Shown one piece after another: positions 9,354-17,615 of a stretch of 64,000 bases of DNA; position 1 is the stretch's first letter, and every line of letters begins with the position of its first letter. The DNA is from Candidatus Parvarchaeota archaeon. Its GTDB lineage: Archaea > Nanobdellota > Nanobdellia > WJKC01. Under the pieces are notes generated by a model. It saw nothing but the letters and a program-made list of their open reading frames with translations, made no database searches and was not told the DNA's origin. Position numbers and translations under genes: made by a program. Where the stretch lies: NCBI GenBank assembly GCA_030615175.1, contig JAUWZX010000002.1, positions 1-64,000 on the forward strand. Reading direction: 5' to 3'.

Positions 9354-10058
9354 ATGAAAGTTATGTTAAATAATGAAGATATTAAAATGAAAGTTGTTCC
9401 TTATAAGAAAAACATTGAAATAGGATATAAAGAGTTAAAAGACAAAAAGGACACCCCGGTAAAAATTATTTTTAATTTATTAAAAGAAGTGCGCTCCAAA
9501 AAAAATGAGGCCACGCCAATAGAAGAATTATTCGAGTACGCAATGAATGCATTAAACCTTGAATTCAAGGAAGCAAGTTTTAACTTAGACAGGGAATCAG
9601 GCACGGGTTCAAAGCATGATAATGACTTATCATCAGTAATACATAAAGCATATGATGATAAAGTAGAGTACATAAAAATGATATCAGAAGACGTGTTATT
9701 ATTCGATGGATTGGATACAGGAGAAATCAAGCTTGACGATGTGATAAAACAAGTCAAGACAAGCAAGCCAGTAAGGGAGACATTGAACATCGAATTAAAG
9801 TACTTGTCAATGACGCTAATAGAAGGCTACGACCGATGGCAGCGTTTTAGAAACGAAAACCTGTCAATAGAAGGTGATTATTATCCCAGGGAATTAACAA
9901 TAAAAGTTAACATGCCATGGCTGTCAAAGCCAATGTCAAAGCATAAACTACAACCAGTAATCAAGATAAACCTCAAGAATAAAGGGTATGGAACCCGTAC
10001 ATCAGTAGAAATGGTTAAAGACATTCTTGATGAATACATATCATCAATGAAAGCATAG
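9354..10058 (+). CDS. Hypothetical protein
   Basis: 234-aa ORF. Confidence 0.65.
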   Translation: MKVMLNNEDIKMKVVPYKKNIEIGYKELKDKKDTPVKIIFNLLKEVRSKKNEATPIEELFEYAMNALNLEFKEASFNLDRESGTGSKHDNDLSSVIHKAYDDKVEYIKMISEDVLLFDGLDTGEIKLDDVIKQVKTSKPVRETLNIELKYLSMTLIEGYDRWQRFRNENLSIEGDYYPRELTIKVNMPWLSKPMSKHKLQPVIKINLKNKGYGTRTSVEMVKDILDEYISSMKA

Positions 10059-10114
10059 CGCAAGCAGGAGAATCCTAATTTAAGTGCAAAAGGTAGTTGC
10101 GAAAGGTTTATTGT

Positions 10115-10510
10115 TTAATTCTTTAACTGTTCTATTAATTCTTCTAGTCTTGTTTGATAATTGTCTATCTCTTTTCCAAAAAAATTTGTTACAGATTCAA
10201 TTGCTTTTATCTTCTCTTCATTTATAAAATCAGGATCAACACCAACAATACAAGAAACCTGCAATGTAGAACAAAGTTTAGATAAATAGATAACTAAGCC
10301 AGCACCCAAAGTTGTGTCTTTAATAAAGCGCTCTTTTAAATTATCTACAATAGAATAAGTCATATCTCCACTAAAATTATCATCAGTTCTTAGTTCTGAT
10401 AAAAGATAATCTCTCACCTTTTCTCTTATTTTACCTCTCTCGTCAGAAGAGGATTGGTATTTACTTCCAGGTGTCCTTTTCATTGAGCCATACATAATAT
10501 TAATTTTCAC
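10115..10510 (-). CDS. Hypothetical protein
   Basis: 131-aa ORF with GTG start. Confidence 0.55.
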   Translation of the reverse strand: MKINIMYGSMKRTPGSKYQSSSDERGKIREKVRDYLLSELRTDDNFSGDMTYSIVDNLKERFIKDTTLGAGLVIYLSKLCSTLQVSCIVGVDPDFINEEKIKAIESVTNFFGKEIDNYQTRLEELIEQLKN

Positions 10511-10593
10511 TATTAGATATAATAAGCATTTCGTTATTGAGAGATATAATATGTCAAGAAATTAAAAAACAAATAATTCTGAAAGGATTTAAT

Positions 10594-10755
10594 AATTTAT
10601 GTGCAGAATTCTTAATTAAGCGAATTTAGGTACAAAGCAGGTGGTTGCGACTTTGCACTTTAATTAGTCCTTACTCAACGTGATTCGTGTGCAGATTCCT
10701 TGTTCTGCTAGTAATTTGTGTGCAGATAATCTTTTAAGCTTTTAATTTATGTGCA
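10594..10755 (+). repeat. Tandem degenerate AATTTATGTGCA repeats (5 copies, about 30-bp period)
   Basis: Copies end at 10605, 10634, 10693, 10724 and 10755. Confidence 0.8.
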
Positions 10756-10768
10756 ATTTTCATTTTTT

Positions 10769-11131
10769 TTATATGTCTAATTTTTTTAGAACTAGTTTCA
10801 TCTTTTCATTATAGGCATCCTTAGCTAAGTCAATTAAGTACAAGCATTCTTTAAGTCCATCCTCATTTAATCTGACAGGAAAGCCATACAAAGCAAGTCC
10901 AGCCATATAAAATCCACTAAGGTATGAGTCTAATTCCTCTGAGTAATAACCGCCAGGAACTTTTGAATTCTTAATTAACAAGACATCATCCTTAATCTCT
11001 TTAATACTCTCTAAATTCTTTAATTCCTGAGATAAGTCCTGACTCTCACTGCCAATTTTACCTTTTTGTGCAGCATATAAAAGAGTTGTCATAATTGCAG
11101 CTTGAAAAGTTGGAACTTTAACATCACTCAT
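10769..11131 (-). CDS. Winged-helix-like protein (SocA/YwgA-like antitoxin pattern)
   Basis: GGYYSEELDSYL...AGL...RLNEDG resembles the GPYSxEL...LTxxG pattern. Confidence 0.4.
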   Translation of the reverse strand: MSDVKVPTFQAAIMTTLLYAAQKGKIGSESQDLSQELKNLESIKEIKDDVLLIKNSKVPGGYYSEELDSYLSGFYMAGLALYGFPVRLNEDGLKECLYLIDLAKDAYNEKMKLVLKKLDI

Positions 11132-11189
11132 AACTATAAAGTAATTATTAAGTTCCTTTTAAGAATTATTGTATTAAAGCATTCTTCTA

Positions 11190-11363
11190 ATGCCTAGCGT
11201 AATTGCTAGGACTCTTAAGTTAAGTAGGCCTAACGTCAGCAATACCTTAAAGGAGTTAATGCGGCTCGGACTGGTCGAGTGCTTAACTCCTGATGAACGG
11301 ATGGGTCGCTTGTACGCGCTAACAGCGCAGGGAAGAGAAGTAATAAAGGAAATCAAAGCTTAG
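11190..11363 (+). CDS. N-terminally truncated winged-HTH regulator (not in ORF track)
   Basis: MPSVIARTLKLSRPNVSNTLKELMRLGLVECLTPDERMGRLYALTAQGREVIKEIKA; in-frame stop at 11175 upstream. Confidence 0.7.
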   Translation: MPSVIARTLKLSRPNVSNTLKELMRLGLVECLTPDERMGRLYALTAQGREVIKEIKA

Positions 11364-11482
11364 GCGCAAGAGTGGTTACTGGCAACGCTGGAGGCTTAAG
11401 TAAATTATTTAAATATTGCCCCCCTATTTGAGATTAATGAATAAGCTTAAATATTACTATTACTCAAAAGATATTAAAGTGA

Positions 11483-11761
11483 TTGAACATGGCTAAGAAA
11501 AATATAGAATTTAAAGAATTAGGTCTTGAAGAAAGAAAATTACTTTTGAGCGCTTATGATTATGATGTTGACGAGGAGGGATACATAATTTCACCAACTG
11601 GAGAGCGAATTGCTTCTGAGGAATTGCCATTAAAATTTTTAAAGGTTGATTCAGCAATGTTAATTGTGGGTTCATTAGATGTCAGAGATAGTTCTCCAAC
11701 GGTAATTTCAAAGTTTATTAGGGAAAGGATTGAAACCTCCAATGACGCCAGTACCATCTGA
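11483..11761 (+). CDS. Hypothetical protein
   Basis: 92-aa ORF overlapping the next gene. Confidence 0.6.
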   Translation: MNMAKKNIEFKELGLEERKLLLSAYDYDVDEEGYIISPTGERIASEELPLKFLKVDSAMLIVGSLDVRDSSPTVISKFIRERIETSNDASTI

Positions 11762-12521
11762 AGTTGAACTTATTAACCTAATTTTAGATTTACAATTAGA
11801 TCAAGCATTAAGTTTTTTAGTTAATGCAGGGATCACAGTTGTTGCATTTAAAAAAGGAATTTATAATAAAGTAAGACAGGCAATCATAAATAAGTGTAAT
11901 GAAAAAAGATATGCTTTTATACCAAATAAAGAGGAAGCAGATAAATTAAAAGAATTAAGTAAAGACCCCAATTATACGACATTAAGAAGATTAATTCCTG
12001 GCTACAGATACCTTGATTTAATTAGAACAGGGTTATTAATTAAAAAGTATCTTCAAAGAAATGCACTAGGAGACCATGATAGAGTTAATGAAATTAAGAG
12101 AGATATTAATAACAGACCAAATGGGCAAAAACTATTAAAAATTGTTAAACTTCCAGATGCGCCTTTTTTTGATGTTATTACTGATGAAATATTTTATCTT
12201 CAAAAAGAGGGGTATAATCAGACTCAATTAGAAGAAAAATTTGATGAAGTAGTTAATGATTGGGAAGATACTACTAAGTTTGTAAAAACAGGGGATAAAC
12301 TTAAAACAGTAATTAATTTTTGTGTAAAGCATATTAATAAAGATGTTAAACAATTCTTTTTATTGGGTATGAAAACCGCTATTGATATTATTGAAAAAGC
12401 AATTTCTGAAATGACATCTAAAAGCATATTGAAAGATAATAATTATTCACTTCGTAAAACAACTAAACCTAAAGGAGTTCAGCCTAGAATGGAAGTGACT
12501 TTTTATAAAAAATATGAATAA
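11730..12521 (+). CDS. Hypothetical protein
   Basis: 263-aa ORF; the start may be the ATG of MTPVP. Confidence 0.65.
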   Translation: MKPPMTPVPSEVELINLILDLQLDQALSFLVNAGITVVAFKKGIYNKVRQAIINKCNEKRYAFIPNKEEADKLKELSKDPNYTTLRRLIPGYRYLDLIRTGLLIKKYLQRNALGDHDRVNEIKRDINNRPNGQKLLKIVKLPDAPFFDVITDEIFYLQKEGYNQTQLEEKFDEVVNDWEDTTKFVKTGDKLKTVINFCVKHINKDVKQFFLLGMKTAIDIIEKAISEMTSKSILKDNNYSLRKTTKPKGVQPRMEVTFYKKYE

Positions 12522-12537
12522 ATAATCCTCCCCTCCT

Positions 12538-12589
12538 AAAACGACAGTTCTGTCGTTTTCTCTTATTAGGAAGAGTCGGACAAGTCCGA
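12538..12589. repeat. Two perfect hairpins with 2-nt loops
   Basis: AAAACGACAG-TT-CTGTCGTTTT and TCGGAC-AA-GTCCGA. Confidence 0.8.
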
Positions 12590-12609
12590 ATTATTAAATT
12601 AACAGGTGA

Positions 12610-12879
12610 TTATTTATTTTTCATATAACGTCTTTTTTCAGGAGGAGTCAAGCCTTTAAGATAACGCTCTACTCTCAAAGCATCTCCTCTAGTAGCCACC
12701 TGTTTTTTCCAGATTAACTTAACAAAATCAAATCTTCCAGTGAACTTATTAGTATCATGATATCTTACATTATCATAATGTTCCTGCATTCTTGACTTAA
12801 TGTCATTAGTCTGACCAGGATAATAACAAGAAAACGCACCATCAATATAACAAGCCAACATGTAAACATGATAAACCAT
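12610..12879 (-). CDS. GIY-YIG nuclease family protein (UPF0213-like)
   Basis: YHVYML...YYPGQTNDIKSRMQEH...KFT...ALRVERYLK. Confidence 0.85.
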   Translation of the reverse strand: MVYHVYMLACYIDGAFSCYYPGQTNDIKSRMQEHYDNVRYHDTNKFTGRFDFVKLIWKKQVATRGDALRVERYLKGLTPPEKRRYMKNK

Positions 12880-12961
12880 ATAACTAAAAAAAAAGAAATT
12901 AGTTTAAAAATATTTGCTTTTTTGTAAACTATTTTATACTCTCAGTTAATCAAGATTACTT

Positions 12962-13129
12962 ATGCTTGAGGAGGAGTCTTATAAATGGCTTTTAGAGGCG
13001 TTTGAGTGGTTGGGTGGGGATGCCTCTCGCTTGCATTGGGAGTATGAAAAAGCCCTGAATAACGGAATAGACCCAGGAATAAATAATGACTCGACTGAAA
13101 TGATTGCAGCATGGTTTGTGAATAATTAA
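12962..13129 (+). CDS. Short ORF or gene fragment
   Basis: MLEEESYKWLLEAFEWLGG...WFVNN, 55 aa, manual translation. Confidence 0.3.
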   Translation: MLEEESYKWLLEAFEWLGGDASRLHWEYEKALNNGIDPGINNDSTEMIAAWFVNN

Positions 13130-13269
13130 CTATTACTAAATCTTGGCGCGGCATTGATTTAATTTTTTCTTGTTTTTCCTTCAGTAACTGGAATAAATAT
13201 TCAGGTCGGCTTATTTAAAATTCAAACCCTATTATTTACGCAAAGCCAGTTACTACAAAACATTGATAA

Positions 13270-13479
13270 ATGATTATTTTAATAGATAATTATATGTCTA
13301 AAAGTTTTTGGGATGATTTAATAACAGCAGGTTCAATAATTGGTGGAGCGTGGATTGCTGCAGAAATAATTAAAGCCTTTTCAAAAAAAGTGACTATTTA
13401 TCGCTGTCCAAGATGTTATGTGGTGATTAATAAAAATGCGGCAAGATGTCATAACTGTGGGGCTTGTTTGAACTGGTGA
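13270..13479 (+). CDS. Small membrane-anchored zinc-ribbon protein
   Basis: Hydrophobic helix followed by CPRC...CHNCG. Confidence 0.7.
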   Translation: MIILIDNYMSKSFWDDLITAGSIIGGAWIAAEIIKAFSKKVTIYRCPRCYVVINKNAARCHNCGACLNW

Positions 13480-13811
13480 TTAAAATGAACAAAAGACAAG
13501 AGGAGTTAGCAGGATTGCAAAAAGAAGAAATGACAATGTTAAAAACAATATACATGCCCGAGAATATTAGATGTGCTCCAATAGTTGAAGAAATATATAA
13601 ACCTTCTAAGGGTGTTTATTTTTTAGCATTAATCCCAAAAATCATTTCCTTTTTATTAGGAATTTGGTTAACTTTTTTTATCTACAATAATTGTATGTTT
13701 TCAGAATGTAATCCATTTGTTACTGTTTATTTTATTATTCTTGCATTACTATGTTTTCAAGCGGCAGGAGTATCTGTTGATAAATTAGTAAAAATTCAAT
13801 TTCCTAAGTAG
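13464..13811 (+). CDS. Small two-TM membrane protein
   Basis: Two hydrophobic segments in the C-terminal half. Confidence 0.6.
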   Translation: MFELVIKMNKRQEELAGLQKEEMTMLKTIYMPENIRCAPIVEEIYKPSKGVYFLALIPKIISFLLGIWLTFFIYNNCMFSECNPFVTVYFIILALLCFQAAGVSVDKLVKIQFPK

Positions 13812-13961
13812 TTCTTTTGAGGTCGCCATAGATACCTAAATACTTAAATTCATTTTTTGTGCAACCTTGAGCGAATTTTGGTGTGGTTTTTTTATTAGTA
13901 AATAATTATTTATAGCAGTTATTACAGTATTATATTAACAAGGAAGTAAGGATGTCTTAGA

Positions 13962-14111
13962 ATGGTTAAAAATTTAAAATATTGCCTAGAATGTGAAAAA
14001 GTTTTATACACAGATAACACACATTGTGAAGACTGTGATGTAGTACTAAAAAAACTTCAAGGATTCATTTACGGTGAAGGCGATAACAAATTCGTTGAAA
14101 TTAAAGAATAA
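13962..14111 (+). CDS. 49-aa zinc-finger microprotein (not in ORF track)
   Basis: MVKNLKYCLECEKVLYTDNTHCEDCDVVLKK..., two CxxC. Confidence 0.65.
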   Translation: MVKNLKYCLECEKVLYTDNTHCEDCDVVLKKLQGFIYGEGDNKFVEIKE

Positions 14112-14226
14112 AATAAGTTATCACATCAGTCTTAATATTGGTGCAGGTTTCTTCAATAACTGAATTTATGTGCAAAGCCCTAATGACAGATAACCTTTTA
14201 AAAGGCATTTTAGCTTAAACTAACTA

Positions 14227-14700
14227 ATGAAAACTTGTATTTTCGTTATTGGTGACTCTGATAGTGGTAAGTCTTCTGTGATTAGGGCTTTGACTGGTTG
14301 TTGGAGAGGTGGTATTAGGGTTTTACGAACTTTAAGTAAGAAGCCAATAAGAATCCTTGTTGTAATCGGTTCTCTTCAAGAAATGGTATGTAAAAAGTTC
14401 CCACCAGATAAGTTTCTTAGTGAGTTAGAAAAGAAGTTTAAGATTAAGAGGAAGGATTATGACATGATTATTTGTGCTCTACAAGTAAGATTAAACAGTA
14501 AAAAATATAGTTATGACAAATACTTAATGGGGGCTAAAAACAAAGGACTTAAAGTCAAAGCAGCAATCATTAAGGATGATAATTCTAAACAAGTGATTAA
14601 TTTCTGCAAGAATAATAAAATAGGTTGCCTTGAATTGGACTTAAACAAAGGATATAACGAAGTTGCACATGAAATAAGAAAAAAGTTTTATCCTAAATAA
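14227..14700 (+). CDS. Small P-loop NTPase-like protein
   Basis: N-terminal Walker A GDSDSGKS. Confidence 0.65.
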   Translation: MKTCIFVIGDSDSGKSSVIRALTGCWRGGIRVLRTLSKKPIRILVVIGSLQEMVCKKFPPDKFLSELEKKFKIKRKDYDMIICALQVRLNSKKYSYDKYLMGAKNKGLKVKAAIIKDDNSKQVINFCKNNKIGCLELDLNKGYNEVAHEIRKKFYPK

Positions 14701-15209
14701 TTTGTATAAATATTCTTAAGCGATAACTTCACTAATTTTTTTACTATTTTATATGCGGTTTTGAGAAGTTTGTTCTGATTTTTTTTATCTGGTCCTTTAA
14801 CTCCATGGAATAAGTTATTTCTTATACCATATAAGCATTCCAATAATACTTCAAATGTCTTTCCCAAGTCTTCATCTTGGTAATAATGTTCTCTAAGTTT
14901 TGGAATTATGTCCCTCCCTCTTTTTTTAAGCGTAAATTCCTCAAAAAGGTTAATTACATCTTCTATTTTGATTTCTTTAAAGAATTTGTTTAAATCAATC
15001 TTTTCTTTTAGTTCATTAATTAAATTACTGAATTTGTCCCCTTCCCGAGCACGCCATTTGTCCACATTAGGATTTCTTTGAAAATATAAATCATTATAAA
15101 TTATGTTTATTGCTATCCAATTATAAAAAAATCCCACATAACCGCTTCTTGCTCTCTTATGGACCCAAATACTAATGCTTTCTTTCTTATCATCATCTAA
15201 TTCTAACAT
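14688..15209 (-). CDS. HEPN-domain protein (Apea-like), putative RNase toxin
   Basis: FFYNWIAIN...LYGIRNNLFHG (Rx4H). Confidence 0.75.
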   Translation of the reverse strand: MLELDDDKKESISIWVHKRARSGYVGFFYNWIAINIIYNDLYFQRNPNVDKWRAREGDKFSNLINELKEKIDLNKFFKEIKIEDVINLFEEFTLKKRGRDIIPKLREHYYQDEDLGKTFEVLLECLYGIRNNLFHGVKGPDKKNQNKLLKTAYKIVKKLVKLSLKNIYTNYLG

Positions 15210-15242
15210 AATTAATATTAATCAACTACCATTTTTATTCTT

Positions 15243-15309
15243 TATTTATGTGCAGAAGTTAATAGTTTATGTGCAAGTTTATTTAATACTTGAATTTATG
15301 TGCAAAGCC
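15243..15309 (+). repeat. Three tandem TTTATGTGCA copies
   Basis: Exact copies start at 15245, 15266 and 15295. Confidence 0.85.
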
Positions 15310-15317
15310 GGCGGTTG

Positions 15318-15332
15318 CGAAAGGTTTATAAA
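15318..15332 (+). promoter_or_regulatory. BRE-TATA promoter of tfb
   Basis: CGAAAGG followed by TTTATAAA; GGTGA SD-like site before the ATG. Confidence 0.65.
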
Positions 15333-15374
15333 GGAGTTCTTCTTTCTCCTTATAAACTTAATGGTGATTTCCTA

Positions 15375-16307
15375 ATGAAAAAAAAAGATTTTAAAGGAGC
15401 TAAAAAAACTTGTTCTGAATGCAATTCAACAGAAATTACCTGGGACCGCACTCGAGGCGAAATGATTTGTAAAAAATGCGGTTACATAGTTGAAGACCAT
15501 AAAATAGACTTTGGCCAGGAATGGCGTGAATTCGATTATGACCAGATGGAATCAAGAAGAAGAGTAGGCAACCCCTTAACATTCACAAAGCATGATAAAG
15601 GAGTTTCAACAAAAATAGGGAAAGCAGGCGACTTATACAAGTTAGCAGCATCTGACAGGAAAAAATTCTACAGGCTTAAGAAATGGCAGTCAAGAATTAG
15701 CACTGCAATTGAAAGAAACCTTAAATTCGCGCTTGCAGAACTAAGAAGGGTTTCAAGCTTCCTGAACATCTCCAGAACATCTGAAGAGGAAGCAGCAAGG
15801 ATTTACTACATGGCAGCTGAACGGGGACTAGTCAGGGGAAGGTCAATGGAATCAGTAGTTGCCGGAGCATTATACGCTGCGTGCAGAAGGTACGGCGTTC
15901 CAAGAACCCTTGACGAAATCAGCAATGCATTCCCGCTTGACAAAAAAGAGATTGGCAAAACTTACAGATTCATCTGCAGAGAATTAAACATCAGGATACT
16001 GCCAACAACGCCTAATGACTATATTTACAGATTCGCCAGCGACTTAAAATTAAGCCCTAAAACAATCAGTAAAAGCCTTGAGATTCTCAAGATGGCCAAG
16101 CAGAAAGAAATTATTTCAGGCAAAGGTCCAATGGGTATTGCAGCAGCAAGCCTTTACGTAGCAGCACTATTATCAAACGAGCGCAGAACTCAAAGAGAAG
16201 TTGCTGACGTCGCAGGAGTAACAGAAGTAACAATAAGGAACAGGTACAAAGAATTGCTGGAAAAACTTGACTTAGAAGAACAAGTACGTAAAATGAAGGA
16301 AAAATAA
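15375..16307 (+). CDS. tfb: Transcription initiation factor IIB
   Basis: CSEC...CKKCG zinc ribbon, GQEWREF, two cyclin repeats, TQREVADVAGVTEVTIRNRY. Confidence 0.98.
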   Translation: MKKKDFKGAKKTCSECNSTEITWDRTRGEMICKKCGYIVEDHKIDFGQEWREFDYDQMESRRRVGNPLTFTKHDKGVSTKIGKAGDLYKLAASDRKKFYRLKKWQSRISTAIERNLKFALAELRRVSSFLNISRTSEEEAARIYYMAAERGLVRGRSMESVVAGALYAACRRYGVPRTLDEISNAFPLDKKEIGKTYRFICRELNIRILPTTPNDYIYRFASDLKLSPKTISKSLEILKMAKQKEIISGKGPMGIAAASLYVAALLSNERRTQREVADVAGVTEVTIRNRYKELLEKLDLEEQVRKMKEK

Positions 16308-17285
16308 TTATTTTCTTTTCTTTTTTATTATTGACTTCTTAGTCTTGAAACCCTTAGGATTATAATGCACGCGCGCTCCCAAACCCTCAATTCTCATCTC
16401 ATCACCTGACTTAAAGAACTTCACTAACTCCGTCGTCGTGTAATGCCAAGGAGGATAGGAATCCTCCTCACTTAACTCATTTATTCCCAGTGAATTAATA
16501 CTGCCAGCATAAACGGGTCCCAGAGTAATGCACTGCTTGTGCCTGCAAGGCTTAAACCCCCTATGCCCGCACTCAGAGCAGTAATGAATAAATTTTACTT
16601 CCCTGAGAAGGGAGTCCGCCCTCCCAGCACCTAAATCCTTAATAAAGTAAGCACGGAAATAATGAGCAGTGCAATGAGCAAGCACAGGCTTCAATGCAAA
16701 ATCAAACTCAGCACCAGTCTCCACCACATGCTTGATTAAGATTCTAAGCCCAGTCTCCTTCATAAAAGGATGACGCTGACTCCTAGCATGGTATTTTCGC
16801 ATGCACGCCCGCGGCTTAACTCCAACGAGAGCTGCAGTATCAGTAGCAGTAACAGCGAGCAGTCCATGCCTCTGAAGAAAACGAACTGATGACTCAAGAT
16901 AAGGATTAGGCGAGCCGAAAGGGTCAACATCAATGAAATCAAAATACTCATTAAGGTCATAAAGCAGGTGACTAGCATTCTTATTAAAGACCCTGGCCTT
17001 AAGATTATTAACCTTCAAATTCTTCTTCAATAACTTAATCGCCTCAGGATTCGCATCATTAAAAGTCATGTCAGTAACTCCTGCCTCACGCATTAAGCGG
17101 ATTCCGCGCGCACCAGAAGCGCATAATAAATCAAGGCAGTGCTTGGGTTTTAAATGCTTAACAACTTCAACTGACATGGTCCTGTCAAAATCCTTCCTAG
17201 GATTAAAGAAAACAAGCATTTTCTTAGAAGGAAGCCCTGTATGAACAAATAATTTCGCGCCGCCCTCAACCACCTGCTTCATCAT
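16308..17285 (-). CDS. trm1: tRNA (guanine26-N2)-dimethyltransferase
   Basis: VFFNP...R, ASGARGIR, IDVDPFGS, VTATD, ETGLRIL. Confidence 0.93.
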   Translation of the reverse strand: MMKQVVEGGAKLFVHTGLPSKKMLVFFNPRKDFDRTMSVEVVKHLKPKHCLDLLCASGARGIRLMREAGVTDMTFNDANPEAIKLLKKNLKVNNLKARVFNKNASHLLYDLNEYFDFIDVDPFGSPNPYLESSVRFLQRHGLLAVTATDTAALVGVKPRACMRKYHARSQRHPFMKETGLRILIKHVVETGAEFDFALKPVLAHCTAHYFRAYFIKDLGAGRADSLLREVKFIHYCSECGHRGFKPCRHKQCITLGPVYAGSINSLGINELSEEDSYPPWHYTTTELVKFFKSGDEMRIEGLGARVHYNPKGFKTKKSIIKKKRK

Positions 17286-17539
17286 GATAGACTAACTTCT
17301 TCACCAATCGCCTGACCAGGCAGTCCGCGCACAAAACGAGCTCTTAAACGACCATTGCCACCATGAATAGCAGTAACCACGCCCCTGATTAACTTGCCAG
17401 AACCAGTCTTAAAAACAACTTTCCTGCCAACAAACTTGTAAGCGGTTTTCTTATCATTAACATCAGATACTTTAAGAATAGCCTGATTAGGCGTGACAGT
17501 ATGCCTCCCCCGCCTGTATGAAACAATAATAACCTTCAT
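17282..17539 (-). CDS. rpl35ae: 50S ribosomal protein L35Ae
   Basis: SYRRGRH...NQAILK...GVVTAIHGGNG...RF..GLPGQAIG. Confidence 0.93.
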   Translation of the reverse strand: MKVIIVSYRRGRHTVTPNQAILKVSDVNDKKTAYKFVGRKVVFKTGSGKLIRGVVTAIHGGNGRLRARFVRGLPGQAIGEEVSLS

Positions 17540-17615
17540 GATTTTAAAAAAAGAGCAATGAAGACCTTTTAATTCTTTCGATAAAGAAAACAAAAAAACT
17601 TATAAAGGAATAAGA

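Larger units (their letters stand above)
10077..15329. mobile_element. Accessory cargo island with repeated intergenic TTTATGTGCA-like sites, bounded by a 16-bp direct repeat
   Basis: GTTGCGAAAGGTTTAT at 10096-10111 and 15314-15329; mixed-orientation short ORFs including HEPN, GIY-YIG and wHTH; no integrase seen. Confidence 0.65.

Noticed and set aside
10512..10539. Archaeal dif site (ATTAGATATAA left arm)
   Set aside because: The right arm TTTCGTTATTG does not mirror the left arm.
10594..10755. CRISPR array
   Set aside because: The repeat core is only about 12 bp and degenerate, the spacers are about 10-19 bp, and no cas genes are present.
10077..15304. Canonical integron attC sites
   Set aside because: No paired RYYYAAC...GTTRRRY inverted boxes were found, the G of GTT is absent, and no intI is in the window. 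Kept only as an analogy.
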